From NCBI GenBank assembly GCA_965240325.2, contig OZ251224.1:1984001-2048000 (forward strand): 64,000 nt of DNA, read 5' to 3'. Of this stretch, positions 44,956-57,306 are shown in pieces. A program made the translations under genes and the position numbers. Within the stretch, counting starts at the first letter, position 1; each line of letters starts with the position of its first letter. This stretch comes from Rebecca billardiae RCC1528 (lineage: Eukaryota; Protista; Haptophyta). The notes beneath the pieces were generated by a model. That model searched no databases. It was not told where the DNA came from and was given only the letters and a program-made list of their open reading frames with translations.

Positions 44956-46206
44956 ATGGCGACCGTCCAGCCTTCGGGCGAGGACAGCACAAGCATGCGT
45001 TGGGTGGATCTGATGGAGATGGAGCGCTCTTCTTACATGTGGCTCGACGGAGTGACTACAGTGACATTCTTTGAGGGCCCGGTGCCCCGGGTGCAGCTGG
45101 AGGAGCGGCTGGTCCGGGTCGTGCAGGCCTCCCCCTGGCTCGCGGGCAAGCTGGTGAAGCGGGCGAAGAAGGTGCAGATGGAGTTCGACGCGGCGCCCGC
45201 GGCCGAGCGCGTGGTAGACCTGCTGTTCCACCAGATCGAGCTAGACGTGTCCCCGCAGATACCCTTCGAGACCCTGGTCGAACGGGTGAAGCAGTCGCAG
45301 GCGCACGTGGTGGGTGGGTTCGCGCTGCTGAAGAAGGGCCTGCCTTACGCGCGACTGACCGTCGCCCAGAAGGATGCCAAGAGCTGGGCGCTGATCTTTT
45401 CGGTTTCGCACGTGGTGGCAGACGGGTACACTTACTACAAAGTGCTGGGGATGCTGTCCCGCCAGCAGGAAATCGTACCGCTCAGCCCGACGCGGCACCA
45501 CGACTTTGTGCCGCGCGTCAAGGAGGCAGTGGGGCCGAAGGTGTACTCCACCGTGATGGGCTCGCCGCCGCAGATGCTGAACTTCCTGGGCAACATGCTG
45601 TTCGGTGGCAAACCGCGCGTGCGCGCGTTTTACGTTGACACCGCCAAGGTGGAGGCGGCGAAGCGGAGAAACGCCGGAGGCTCCGTCGAGTTTGTGTCGA
45701 CGAACGACGTGTTGACGGCCTTCTGGGGCCGCCTGAGCGGGGCGGACCTCCTCGAGATGGCCGTGAATTTCCGGGGCCGCTTTCCGGACTTGGCGCCCGA
45801 CGACGCGGGCAACTACGAAGCCTGCATCCTTTTTCCGTCGGATGATTTCGCTGACCCGGCCAACATCCGCAAAGCGTTGCAGCGCGGGGACGGCCACTAC
45901 AAGTCCATCACGCGGGAGCAGCCGGTGCCCGGCTTCAATGCGACGCGCAAGTGCAAGTACCGGATCATCACCAACTGGGCTTCGTTCTTCTCAGAGCTGG
46001 AGTTTGACGGCTGCACGCAGACGCTGCATGTCCCCTACTTGGAGCTGAAGGAGATGCCCACTGATATCCTCGTCATCTTCCGCCCCACAGCGGCTACCTA
46101 TGGCGTCTTTATCGTCACGCGAAAGCTCAGCGACGAAGCGCTCACTTCCAGGGAGGATTCCCTACTGGGTGCGCAGATCATTCCGCCGGCTGTGCCTGCC
46201 AAGTGA
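44956..46206 (+). CDS. CoA-dependent acyltransferase, HXXXD (BAHD/transferase-like) fold
   Basis: PWLAGKL, SVSHVVADGYT catalytic motif, FVSTNDVLTAFW, AVNFRGR, IITNW. Confidence 0.75.
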   Translation: MATVQPSGEDSTSMRWVDLMEMERSSYMWLDGVTTVTFFEGPVPRVQLEERLVRVVQASPWLAGKLVKRAKKVQMEFDAAPAAERVVDLLFHQIELDVSPQIPFETLVERVKQSQAHVVGGFALLKKGLPYARLTVAQKDAKSWALIFSVSHVVADGYTYYKVLGMLSRQQEIVPLSPTRHHDFVPRVKEAVGPKVYSTVMGSPPQMLNFLGNMLFGGKPRVRAFYVDTAKVEAAKRRNAGGSVEFVSTNDVLTAFWGRLSGADLLEMAVNFRGRFPDLAPDDAGNYEACILFPSDDFADPANIRKALQRGDGHYKSITREQPVPGFNATRKCKYRIITNWASFFSELEFDGCTQTLHVPYLELKEMPTDILVIFRPTAATYGVFIVTRKLSDEALTSREDSLLGAQIIPPAVPAK

Positions 46207-46731
46207 CGAAACGATTTAGGCACCCAGCGGCGGGACCTTCCGTTTGCCGATTCACCAGAATCGTCAGATCCTAGCGAAGCGGAGGTGGACCTCTCTACGA
46301 CTACAGTTTACTATAAGAATAAGAGACGCACACAGCTCAGGCAGGCGAGATTGACGCCCGTACTGCGGGTAGGGAACGCCGCCATCATTGCTGTAGCGGA
46401 CTGAGCGGGGCAACCGGTACTATAGTTACTAGTTAGGTACGTAGGGGGCTGGCCAGTCACGCGGTACGGGGCTGGACTTGGAGTTGGAGGCTTCGGCCGC
46501 CAGTCCGATCACCCGGAGCACGTTATAAAGGGGAGTTTATTAGGCACGAGGGCGCAGCTCTCCTGCTGTCTGATTCGTCTGTCGAACTGTCGTATGACGA
46601 TTGAAAGTGAATAAGGGGCGGGTGTCTCATCAATAAGACAGCCAGGTCTACTAATTCTATGATTTAAAATCGTCGTATGTATCGCGCCATCATTAATAAA
46701 GACTTGGCAAGCCGGAAATCATCTCATCAGG

Positions 46732-47544
46732 ATGGTGGCGGCTCTCGTCGCCCTGCTCTGCTGGGCCTCTCATTTGCCTACCACTCCACGTGTCGTGCTG
46801 CCGGGAGGCGGTATCCTATTTTGGCATCAAGCGGGAGCAATCTCTGAGCTCCGTCAACACGTGGATATCAGCAGGACGCCTCTCATTGGGGCGTCAGCTG
46901 GTGCTCTGGTTTCCGCCCTGGTTGCGAACGATGTGGACATGGAGTTGGCTCTGGATAGAGCCATCGAGCTCAGCATGGACGCGGGCCTGTGGGAGCGACC
47001 ACTTGGGCTCGCAGGCATCTGGGGTGGGCTCATCCGCCAGTGGCTCGACGATCTGCTCCCTCCTAATGCTCACGACGTGTGCTCTCAGAGGATTACCGTC
47101 CTCGCGATCTCCGTCCCAAGCTTTGCACGCGAGCAAATCGGCACGTTCCGTACCAGGGCAGACCTTATCGATTGCCTAATGGCGTCGTGCCACATACCTT
47201 GGTTTCTTGACGGCCAGCCATTCGCCCGTTTCGACGGCGGGGTTTACGTCGATGGTTCCTTCCGAGCTCGGCGTGACGACTACTTGCGCGTGTCGCCACG
47301 AAACGCAGGGGCAGCCTGGGACGCCGACAAACCCATCGTCATCGATCCTGCCGACGATCCCAGGGCGCCGCGAGACTTTCTGACGCTGCGATCTCCCGAA
47401 GGCGTGCGAGATCTGTACGATCTTGGCAGGGATTTTGCGCGCACTCATCTGATCGTCAGCGGCCAGCCCGGCCCGCCAGGCGCCCGCGGCCCGCCAGCTG
47501 TATACAGCAGTATTGCCTCTGCTGAACAGCAATCCCCGCGGTGA
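46732..47544 (+). CDS. Patatin-like phospholipase (PNPLA/ATGL-like) with possible signal peptide
   Basis: PGGGILFWHQAG, GASAG nucleophile, MASCHIPW, YVDGS. Confidence 0.88.
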   Translation: MVAALVALLCWASHLPTTPRVVLPGGGILFWHQAGAISELRQHVDISRTPLIGASAGALVSALVANDVDMELALDRAIELSMDAGLWERPLGLAGIWGGLIRQWLDDLLPPNAHDVCSQRITVLAISVPSFAREQIGTFRTRADLIDCLMASCHIPWFLDGQPFARFDGGVYVDGSFRARRDDYLRVSPRNAGAAWDADKPIVIDPADDPRAPRDFLTLRSPEGVRDLYDLGRDFARTHLIVSGQPGPPGARGPPAVYSSIASAEQQSPR

Positions 47545-47874
47545 CAACAATGACTGCTCCAGCGCCTCCAGCCCCAGGGCGCTCTAATTATATAGCTGCT
47601 TCACTGATGATATGAGTCGTCATCCTATAATAAGCTTGCCCCGACCTGCGCTGCTTCATATCTGAATTATCAGTCGTCACAGTCAGACGTCGTGCTGAAT
47701 GTAACCCGCTTAGGAGTGATCCGAGTGAAGCCTGAAGGGGCTGCGCGCTGTCACTGCCGCTGTGCGGTGATGAATGATGATGCCGCAATTAAGCCACTAC
47801 ATCAGTATACAGAAATAGCAGCAGCAGATTCGCGTCGCAGTATGAAGACAGCATCAACAGTTGCTCGACTCTGC

Positions 47875-50800
47875 TCATGCGGTGTTGACATTGGACTTGG
47901 AGCCGCCGCCTGTGAGCGCCGCGTACACGTCGCTGACGGCATCCATGAAGGACGGCCGGCGCGGGTTCTCGGACTGCGACCCCGGCTGTGCGTTTGATGC
48001 GGCGTCCGTAGCCGATCTGACCGGCTGCACGCCGCCTCGGTTGGCGTTGCCCATGGTGGTGGACGCCGTCTCGCGCGCGCTGGGGACCTGGATCTCGATG
48101 TCGTCCGTGTCGCGCTTGGGCGCGCCGCGGAGCCGGATCTTCTTGGTGTACAGCAGCCAGCCGGTGACGCCGACCGCGACGAGCAGCACGACGCCGCCAG
48201 CCGCAGGGACGGTGTAGAGGACCATGTCGAGGTTCTGCGCGGCGGCGGTCGTCGCCGGGCCGGCGCCACCGCCGCCGCCGCCGCCGTTGTCGTCGTCGTC
48301 GTCGTCGTCGTCGTCATCTCCGCCGCTCGTGCCGGTGCCCTGGCTGAGGCTGCCGCCCAAGTTGCCGAGCACGTCGGGAGGCGGCGGAGAGGGCGACGGG
48401 GGCGGCGGTGACGGCGGCGGCGGGCTGCTGGGCGGCGGATGCGGGCTGGGCGGCGGTGGCGGGCTGGGCGGCGGCAGGAAGTCGGAGACCTCCGTGGTGG
48501 CCACCTCGTCGACCACGACCGTTGAGTTGGTCGCCGCCTGCACGGCCTGCGCGACGTTCTCGAGCTGGCCGTTGATCTGCGCGAGGAGCGCGGACGCGCT
48601 GTTCAGCTCGGACGCGTCGTAGTTCGCCTCGACCTCGACGCTCGTCGCGTTCGTCGCGTTCGTGCCGTTGCTCGGCGGAGGCGCGGCGAACACGGGCGCG
48701 GCGTCGTCGTTGCCGCTGGTGTCCTCAGCGAGGACCTGGAAGATGACCTCAGACTCGTCGTCCTGCAGCCGGCGGCGGGCACCGCCGACCTGCGCGCGCG
48801 ACTGCACGCTCACGATCTTGATGCGCCACTCCGGTATCTGCAGCAGCGTCGCCAGGTTCTGCACGATCGCCTCGCCGTCGAACTCCTCCGCCGCGACCGA
48901 GACGGTGAGTGACAGCTGCACGACCATCGTCAGCCGGAGGATCACCTCGCCGCCGCCGCTCGTGCGGCCTGGCCCGCCGCGCAGCGTGAGGTAGAAGCGC
49001 CGGTCGTGCGGGTCGAAGGCGTGCGTGCCGTGCGGGTCGTCCCGCGTCGGCAGCCGCGGCGCGCCCACGCCGCTGAAGTGCGCGCGGCTCGACGAGTCGA
49101 ACTGCGGCCCGAGCTTGACGCCGTCCACGAACACGTCCAGGTTGAACGGCTGCGTGAGGAATAGTCCGATCCGGACCGACGAGTCCGGGTCGTCGTCGAA
49201 GAGGTGGAAGCGGTGGTGCTTGGGCGGCGAGGTGAACATGGTGAGGTTGTAGTCCGAGCCCGGCCGGATCGCCCAGCCGCGAACCTGCGCGCACGGGAGG
49301 AGGGGTGGAGGGGGGCACGTGCGCGTGCGCGTGCGCGTGCGCGCCCGGGTGAGCAAGGCGTGTCGGGCGCTAGCGCGCGGCGGCGCGCGCTGGCGCGCGC
49401 GCGCGTGGGCACGCGTGGCGCGCAGCGCACCTGGTTCGGGTTGGACGGGAGGCACTTGCCGCTGTACGGGCCACGCGACCAGGTCGCGCGGCCGTCCGAC
49501 GCGCGCCACGCCTTGAACCGGCCGAGGAAGCGGCCCATCTCCGCGTTTGCCAGGCCGGGCGCTTCCCAGCGCAGCGTGCGCAGTCGGAGCGAGTCGCACG
49601 CAAAGTGGCCGCCGCGCGTCTCGCACTCGGAGATCGCGTTGGCCGGGTTGGCGCGCGGGACGACGGTGGCGCCGGGCCACGCGCCCGTGTACCGCGTGGC
49701 GTTCTCGTCGTAGTCCAGGTCGCCCGGCGCCGGCGGGTCGTCGGTGAGCGTGCCGTCGACGTCGACGAGGAACATGTGCGCGAGCCCGTCGCAGTCGCCG
49801 CCCGGCTCGCACTCGCGCGCGCCGTTGTCCGGGTTGGCGCTGCGCGCGTCGAGCATGAGCCGCGCGTCCGAGCGCGCGCTGGGCAGCCAGACCACGTCCT
49901 CGAAGTGGTTCGGGTAGTTCACGTCGATCGACGTCGGGTTGGGCATGAACGCGTACGAGGGCGCGTCGAGGCCGCACGAGCGCGCGCCAAAGTATCCAAA
50001 CGTGACGGCCGACCAGTGCGCCTCCGAGTAGCGCGAGCCGGCGGTGCCGACGCGCTCCTCGAAGGGCATCAGGCACTCCTTCACGGGCGTGTTGGGCGGG
50101 CGGCACACGGGGATCTTCGGGTTGCCCTCGCACAGCTTCGCCAGCGCGTTCACCATGTGCGCGAGCACGCCCGCGCGCCACACGGTCGTGCCGAGCACCG
50201 AGTTGCATGACGAGCCGACCGTCTTGTCGACCGCGCCGCCAAAGTCGCCGATCGCGCGGCACTCGTCGGAGACGGGGTCGCACGAGGCGGAGGCGGCGGT
50301 CGCGCCGAGCACCGTCACGTTGTGGTAGTACACGCGGTGGTCCATGTCCGACAAGTCCGGCCGGTGGAAGTTGAGCGAGACGCCGATGTGGTTGTCGGCG
50401 AGCGCAACCGAGTCGACGCGCATGAGCGTCGATTGGTCGACCGTCAGCAGCCCGACGTGCGCGCTCTTCCACGCGACGAAGCCGCGGACGACGGCGCAGT
50501 AGTGGAAGCGGCGCTGCTCCGCGCGCAGCACGAACACGCCGATCACGCTCGCCGCCGCCTCGTTCACGCGCGACAGCTCGAGCCGCGCGCTGCCGTCGTC
50601 GCCGCCCGCGCACGTGCGCGCCACGTCTGGGCGGATCGTGAACGCGGCGTCCGTCGAGCCCACGGCGACGTTGCCCTCGAGGGCGTCGATGCGCGCCTCG
50701 ACGAGGAAGGCGGCGAACGGGCGGACCCACGTCGTCGACTCGCGCGGGTGGCGCAGCGTCTCGAGCGCCGCGTTGCGCAGCACGCGCAGCCGCAGCGAGG

Positions 50801-53800
50801 CGGAGGACGCGCGCACCCACAGCGCCGTGCGGTACGTGCGGTGGAACACGTTGGACTCGAGCGTGACCGCCGACGCGCCCTCGAGCTGCACCGCGCCGGC
50901 CTGCGAGAAGCCGAAGACGCAGCGCGTGACGGCGGAGGCGTGCTCGTCCTTGTCCGCCTCGCGGCTCGAGCGGCCCACGTAGTTGAAGTGCAGCGCCGGG
51001 TGCTGGTACTCGAACTTGCCCAGCCTCTCAAACTCGACGTGGGAGATGTTGGCGCGGCCCACCCAAGCGCCGTCGCGCGAGCCCGCGATCGTCACGACGC
51101 CGCCGTGCGGCGTGTCGGGCTCGGCCGTGCGGATGCGCACGTTGGACCAGCCGCCGACCAGCGCGACCGTCGCGCTCAGCTCGAGCCCCGGCCAGTGCGT
51201 GTAGTACCCCGGCTCGTCGAGCACCTGCCCCGAGAAGTGGCGGTGCGAGAGTGGGCGGTCGAGCGTGAGCACGGTGGTGCCGCTCGGCGCGTCGAACACG
51301 GCCGGCGCGCTCAGCGAGAAGTCCTCGGTCTGCGTGGTGGCGGGGGGCTGCGGGTACTCGGTCGCGCCGATCGAGACGTTCGCGCCGAGCGGCCACGCCG
51401 ACATGTCGCCCTTCACCACCACCGTCGTCTCGCCCGGCGAGGCGGTCGCGGCGAGCTTGGTCCAGACAGGCGCGCCGAGCGGCGCGCCGCCCGCCTGCAG
51501 CGTGCCGAGCACGGCGACGACCTTGTTCACGAGGAAGAGGCCCTCGTCCATCACGACGGTGTGCGCGCTCTCGTCGCCGTGCAGCTCGAGCGTCGCCGAC
51601 ACGTTCGCCGGGATCGGATCGTCCGGCGTGCCGAGCTCGAGGTCGCCCCACACGAGCACGCTCGCCGCGCGCAGCGCCGTGTGACGGTCGCGGGCGAACG
51701 CGAGCCGCCCCACGACCGTCACCCAGTTGAGCACGGGCGTGGCGAGGTCGACGACGATCTGGTCGACGGCGTTGATGCGCACGTTGTCGCCCTGTCCGGG
51801 CAGCGTGTCGTACTCCAGCTCCTGCGCCTGCAGCCGCCGGCCCGACGCCGCGCGCGCGCGCGCGCGCAGCGCGGGCGCGGCGCGGAGCGCCTTGCCCGCC
51901 GCGCGCGTCGCGCGCTCCGCCGCGCTCAGCCGGCGGCGCGCGAGCCCGGGGATGAGCTGGCGCGGGCGGCACTCGCGGATGGTCGCGCCGGGCGTCATGC
52001 GCTGGCACTCCCACACCGCCGGGTCCGACCACCGCCGGAAGCCGTTCTGGTCGACCGAGCCGGGCGGCTGCGGCCGCCAGCAGCCCGAGTCGGGGCACTC
52101 GTTGGCGTGCAGGTGCTGCGTCATGCTGCCAGGCGCGCGCTTCTCCGAGACGACCGTGGTGAGCCGGCCGCCGACCTGCGGCTTCTCGGGCTGCTGGTCG
52201 AGCTCGTACTTGAGGAAGAGCGTCGTCTCGTTCGTGTACGCGCCCGAGCACTCGCGCAGCGACGCCTCCGTCAGGTTGGCGTACGCCGAGCACTCGTCGG
52301 CCCACAGCTTGTGCGCCCAGCTGCCAAACGCGTGAAAGTCCGGCTCAGGCTCGGTGCGCAGCGCGGCGCCGACGGTGCCGTCGAAGTGGTTGCGGTAGTC
52401 GGTGAAGTTGGTGTGCAGCGTGAGCCGCTCGATCGTCGGCGAGACCATCGTGCCGCCGCCCTCCGCCCAGCCGTGCTCCTCGAACACGTACCCGTGCACC
52501 GAGTACTTGTACGAAAGCTCCTGGAAGTCGTTCGGGTCGTCGACATGGAAGTCGTACGTGCGGTTGGCGAGCACCGGCACCGCCCAGCCGTAGAGCTTGG
52601 CCCAGTCGAAGTAGACGCGGTCGGCGCCGGCGGGCGAGTGCACGACCAGCTCGCGCCCGTCGAGCTGCCACGGCTCCTGGCCGTGCACGTGCAGCCGGCG
52701 CATCCGGACCGAGCCGTCGGGCCTGCCACACACGATGCCGTGCGGGAACCGAGGGTCGCCCCACGCGCACACGCCGTCGTCCCAGTGGTTGAAGTCGGCG
52801 TCCCACGTGACCCAGCCGTTGGGGAAGCCGGTCATCGAGCCGTCGAGGTCGTGCCACATCCCCGCGAGCCCGCCCTCCTTCGTCAGCGTGCGCACGTCCG
52901 AGTTCACCCAGACGGTGCGCTCGTAGCGCATCGTGCACGCCGTCTCGTGGCAGCCCTGCAGCACGGGCGTGTCGAAGTAGTTGGAGACATGCATGCCCGA
53001 GACGAGCCAGAACTCGTTGTCCTTGGGCGAGTGCACGGCGAGCCCGCCGGGCGTCGTGCCCGCGTTCGCGTCCAGGCTGCCCACCAGCACCATGTCCGTG
53101 AAGAAGGGCGCGTCGTGCAGCCCGTTCATGTAGTGGTTGAGGTGGACCGCGCGGCCGCACTCGAGGAAGCGGTGGTCCTCATGGTTGATGTTGCCCGACG
53201 AGTAGTAGAACATGCACGTGCCGCAGCGGAGCGCGGTGAACGTGCCGAAGACGTTGGGCGTGGGCGGCTGGTGCGGCGGGAAGAGCCGCCAGCCGAAGCC
53301 GCACAGGTGCGCCGAGTTGTTGAAGAAGGTGTAGTCGGTCTGCGCGCGGCCCGCGCCGTCCTGCACGTTGAGCTTCCATCCGCGGTGGCAGCGCACGGCG
53401 AGGTTGGAGCGGTGCCAGCCGGTGAAGCCGGGGAGCCAGAAGCCGGCGGGCGTGACGTCGTCGCCGAGCATCAGCGGGTGCGACACCGTCGCCACCGCCA
53501 GGTTGTGCTCGAACAGCGCGAACTTCTCCGGCCCCTCCTCGGTGAAGTAGTTGTGGCCCTTGCCCTTGTATGCGACGTTGTCGCGCACGACCGCGTAGTT
53601 GGTGCCGTGCACGACGGCGACGCGCTGGAAGGTGTGGTGCACCGAGTTGTTGCGGAAGTACGCCTTGTCGAGCACGTCCACCGTCCGCCCCGACATCACC
53701 AGGTGGTGCCAGTGGAAGTTGTAACGGCCGAGGTTCGCCGCCTGGCCCGTGCGCGTCATCTCGATGTTCTCGACGCGCATCACGCCGCCGTGAAACGCGC

Positions 53801-56800
53801 CCACGTGCGCGCCGAACTCGAAGGCGTTGCCGCGGCGCGCGGAGGCGTCGTCGCCCTGGAGCAGCACGTTGCGCTCGAGCAGGCCCACCGCCGCGCGCAG
53901 GTCCGACGGCGCCGCGCCCTCGTCGTGCCAGTGCCACTCGCCCGAGTGCTCATACGCCAGCGGCTCGTCGAGCAGCAGCGTGAGGCCTCCGTCCTCGAGA
54001 CCTGCGACACGCCGGAGCTCCTCGAGCGTGCCGCGCTCGGTGGGGGTGATCAGGATGAGCGCGCCGAGCTGCCAGCCGACGGGCTCGGCGAGGTACAGCC
54101 GCACGTCGCCCACGCGCGCCGTGCGCACGATCCGCGTCCACGAGTGCTCGGGGCGGCCGTGCAGGTCGAGCGTGCCGACCGCGCGCACTGGGCACGCGTC
54201 GTATGCGGACCGCCCCTCCTCCACGCCCTTCTCGTCCTCGTCGAGGGCGGCGTCGGCGTCGTGGTGCCCGCCGCCGGCGCCGTGGGAGTGGCAGCCGCCC
54301 GCGAGGCCGCCGAGGTTCGTCACCGCCACCATCTTCGAGCCGATGAACGGCAGCTCGATCGTGAACCACCGGTCACCGTGCAGCGTGATCGTCGCGCGCT
54401 GCATGAACGGTTCCGCCTCCGTGCCGACGCGCAGCGTGCCGCCCGCCACCCAGATGTACGTGGCGTTGAGCGCGAGGTCGCGCCGGTCGAACTCGAGCAG
54501 GCCCGAGACGAGCAGCAGGAACAGCTTCGGCGAGTCCTCGTCCAGCAGGATCGCCTGCCCCTGCGGCACGACCACCGAGTCGCCGTCGACCGGCATCTCA
54601 GAGTTGAGCCACGAGTAGGGGTCCGTCCAAGCGTCGATGTACGCGAACTGCGTCTCGAGCGGGTCGGTGATGAGGGCGAGGCCGCGGCCGCGCACGTGCA
54701 CGCGCGTCTCCTGCTCGCGGATCTCGGAGCGCTCGCCCGTGAGGCACGTCACGCCCGCGTCCGACACGGCGGTCACCTCGCACGCGTACCCGTTGAGCCA
54801 GACGGACACCGACCCGAGCGCCGCCGCGCCGGAGAGGGGCGCGCCGTCTGCGCCGAGCGGCTGGAGGTTGGCGCCGGAGAGCGTGACGGGGGTGAGCCCG
54901 CGCGCGCCGCCGCGACGCGGCGAGAGCGCGTCCACGCGCGGCGTCTCGCTCAGCGTGTGCGCCACCGTCGCGCCCAGCGCCTCGCCGCCGCCCTCGAACG
55001 GCACGTCGGCGAGCGGGTGCGCGACCGACTCGACCGCGATCGAGCACGCCGCCGGGTCCTCGAGCGAGAAGGGCACGCCCTCGAAGGTGGCGCCGCGGAA
55101 GAGCTCGCGCTCGTAGTAGCACGCGCCGTGCGGGAAGCGCACGCGGAACGCCTGCGCCACGACCGGCGGCTCGAGCACCCACGAGTTCCACCCCTGCTGG
55201 ATCGACGCGCCCGTGTCGAGCGCGTCCGACAGGCTCGCCAGCTGCACCCACGCGCCAGAGTCCTCGTATCGCGCAAACTCGGCGCCGTCGCCGACGGTGA
55301 GGTTGCGCGCCTCGAGGACGGCGCCGCGCGCGCGCTCGCGGCTCGTCGGGTCGGTCGCGGGGAAGAAGCGCGCGGCGGTGAGCAGCGCCGCCTGCGCGCT
55401 CGGCAGCGCGAACGAGTACCAGCAGGACGTCCACTGCGTGCGCCAAACGCCGTCGGCCGTGCGCTGGTAGAAGCGCTCGTCGACGCGCCGCGAGAAGGCG
55501 AGGCGCGCGAGGCGCTCCTCCTCGTCGTCGTGCGCGCGGTTGGTGGTGTAGTTCGCGGCGAGCGGCGCGAGGTCCTCCGACGGGAACGCCTCGGGCAGCG
55601 CCGCCACCGCCTCGAGCGTGCTCACCGCGCGCGTGACGCACTCGCAGTGGGAGCCGTTCGAGGCGACAGGCGCGCACGGCACGCCGCACACGCTCACGCG
55701 CGTCTGCTCGGGCGCGTGGCCGAAGCCCGCGCCCTCGAGCGTGAGGCGCAGCCCGCCGCCGAGCCCGCCGACGAGCGCGTCGCCCTCGGTGCGGTTCCCC
55801 TCGAAGCTCGCCGCCGCGCTGCCCAGCCGCACGCGCTCGACGCTCACGCCGAGCGAGATGTTGGCGTGCGTCGACCAGCCGTTGCGCGCGGCCGACCACA
55901 CGCGCACCGTCCAGTTGCCGCCCGGCGTCGAGCGCGGCTCGCGGCGGCACGTGACGCGCGACCAGCCCGCCGTGCCGTTCCACGGCATGGTGAGCTCGCA
56001 CGGCAGGTTCGCCTCCGGCCTCGCCGCGTTGCCCAGCGCGACGACGCCCTCCTCCTCGCCCCAGCCCGTGCCTATCAACTCGAGCTCGAGCGCGCCGTTC
56101 GCGCCGTCGTCCGGCCGGCTGAGCACGCGCACCGAGTCGAGCGTCGGCGAGTGGGTCGGGTCGTCGTACCAGTAGTGCTCCTCGCCCGTGGTGCTGAGCA
56201 GGCTGCCGACGGACACCTGCACCTGCGCGTTGTCCACGAAGCGGTCGAGCTGGATCTTCGTCCACACCTCGTACTTGGGCGAGTAGACAACATCCCAGTC
56301 GAAGTAGCACGAGTTGTCCTCGCACCCCATCGGGTTGCAGTTGCGCATGCGGCACTCGCGCGGGAAGGAGCGCCACTCGAAGGTGTTGCAGCGGGAGGTG
56401 CGGTCGCACCTCGCCGCGCACGCCTCGCGCGACGAGCTGTCGCCCCAGCCGCGCCACTCGCAGTCGGTCCGGTGCCCGCCCGGATTCATCAGCTCGTTGT
56501 AGTGCCGCACCGTGGACGTGACGCACACGATCGCGCTGTGCGACTCCGAGACGACCTCGCACGGCAGCTCGCCGATGGTGACGGTCGAGTCGGCGCGCGG
56601 CGTGCCGTAGGACCAGGCGACGCCGTCGTGCGCGTGCCCGCCCTCGCCCTCGCCCATCGCCATCACCGCGCCGCCGCCGAAGCCGCTGCCGTGCACCGTC
56701 ACGCGCGTGCCGCCGTGCCAGATGCCGTGTCGCGGCTCGATCGACGTCGCCTTCAGCGCCTGCCAGAACCAGAGGTACGAGTAGCCGCCGGACGCGGCGC

Positions 56801-57275
56801 CGAGCGCGTAGCCCAGCGTGGGCACGTGCACCGTCACCGGCACGTAGCTCGAGGCGAACGCGCACAGCGGCACCACCAGCGTCGTGCGGCCGTGCATCGC
56901 CGGCTCCGTGCCCGAGACGGGGCACTCGGTCGAACCAAACGAGACGACCGCGTCGGCGGCCAGGTCGGGGTCGACGTCGCCGAGGACGATGCGCACGTCG
57001 ACGCCGTCGGCGTGCGCGCCCTCCCAGTGCGACATGCTCAGCGCCACCGGCGTCTGCGGCCGCGACAGCTCGAAGCGGCACGCCGCCTCCGTCACGCAGC
57101 GCGCGCTCACTCCGTGCAGCGAGACGATCACCCGGCCGGGGCTGCCGAGGGCGATCGGAGGCGGCGGCGTCGACGGCGGCGAGGGCGGCGCGGGCGGCGG
57201 CGAGGGCGGCGGCGGCGAGGCGGGCGGGAGCGGCGGCAAGGAGGGCGGCGGGCTCGGCGGCGGCGGCGAGGGCGA

Positions 57276-57306
<31 letters not shown>

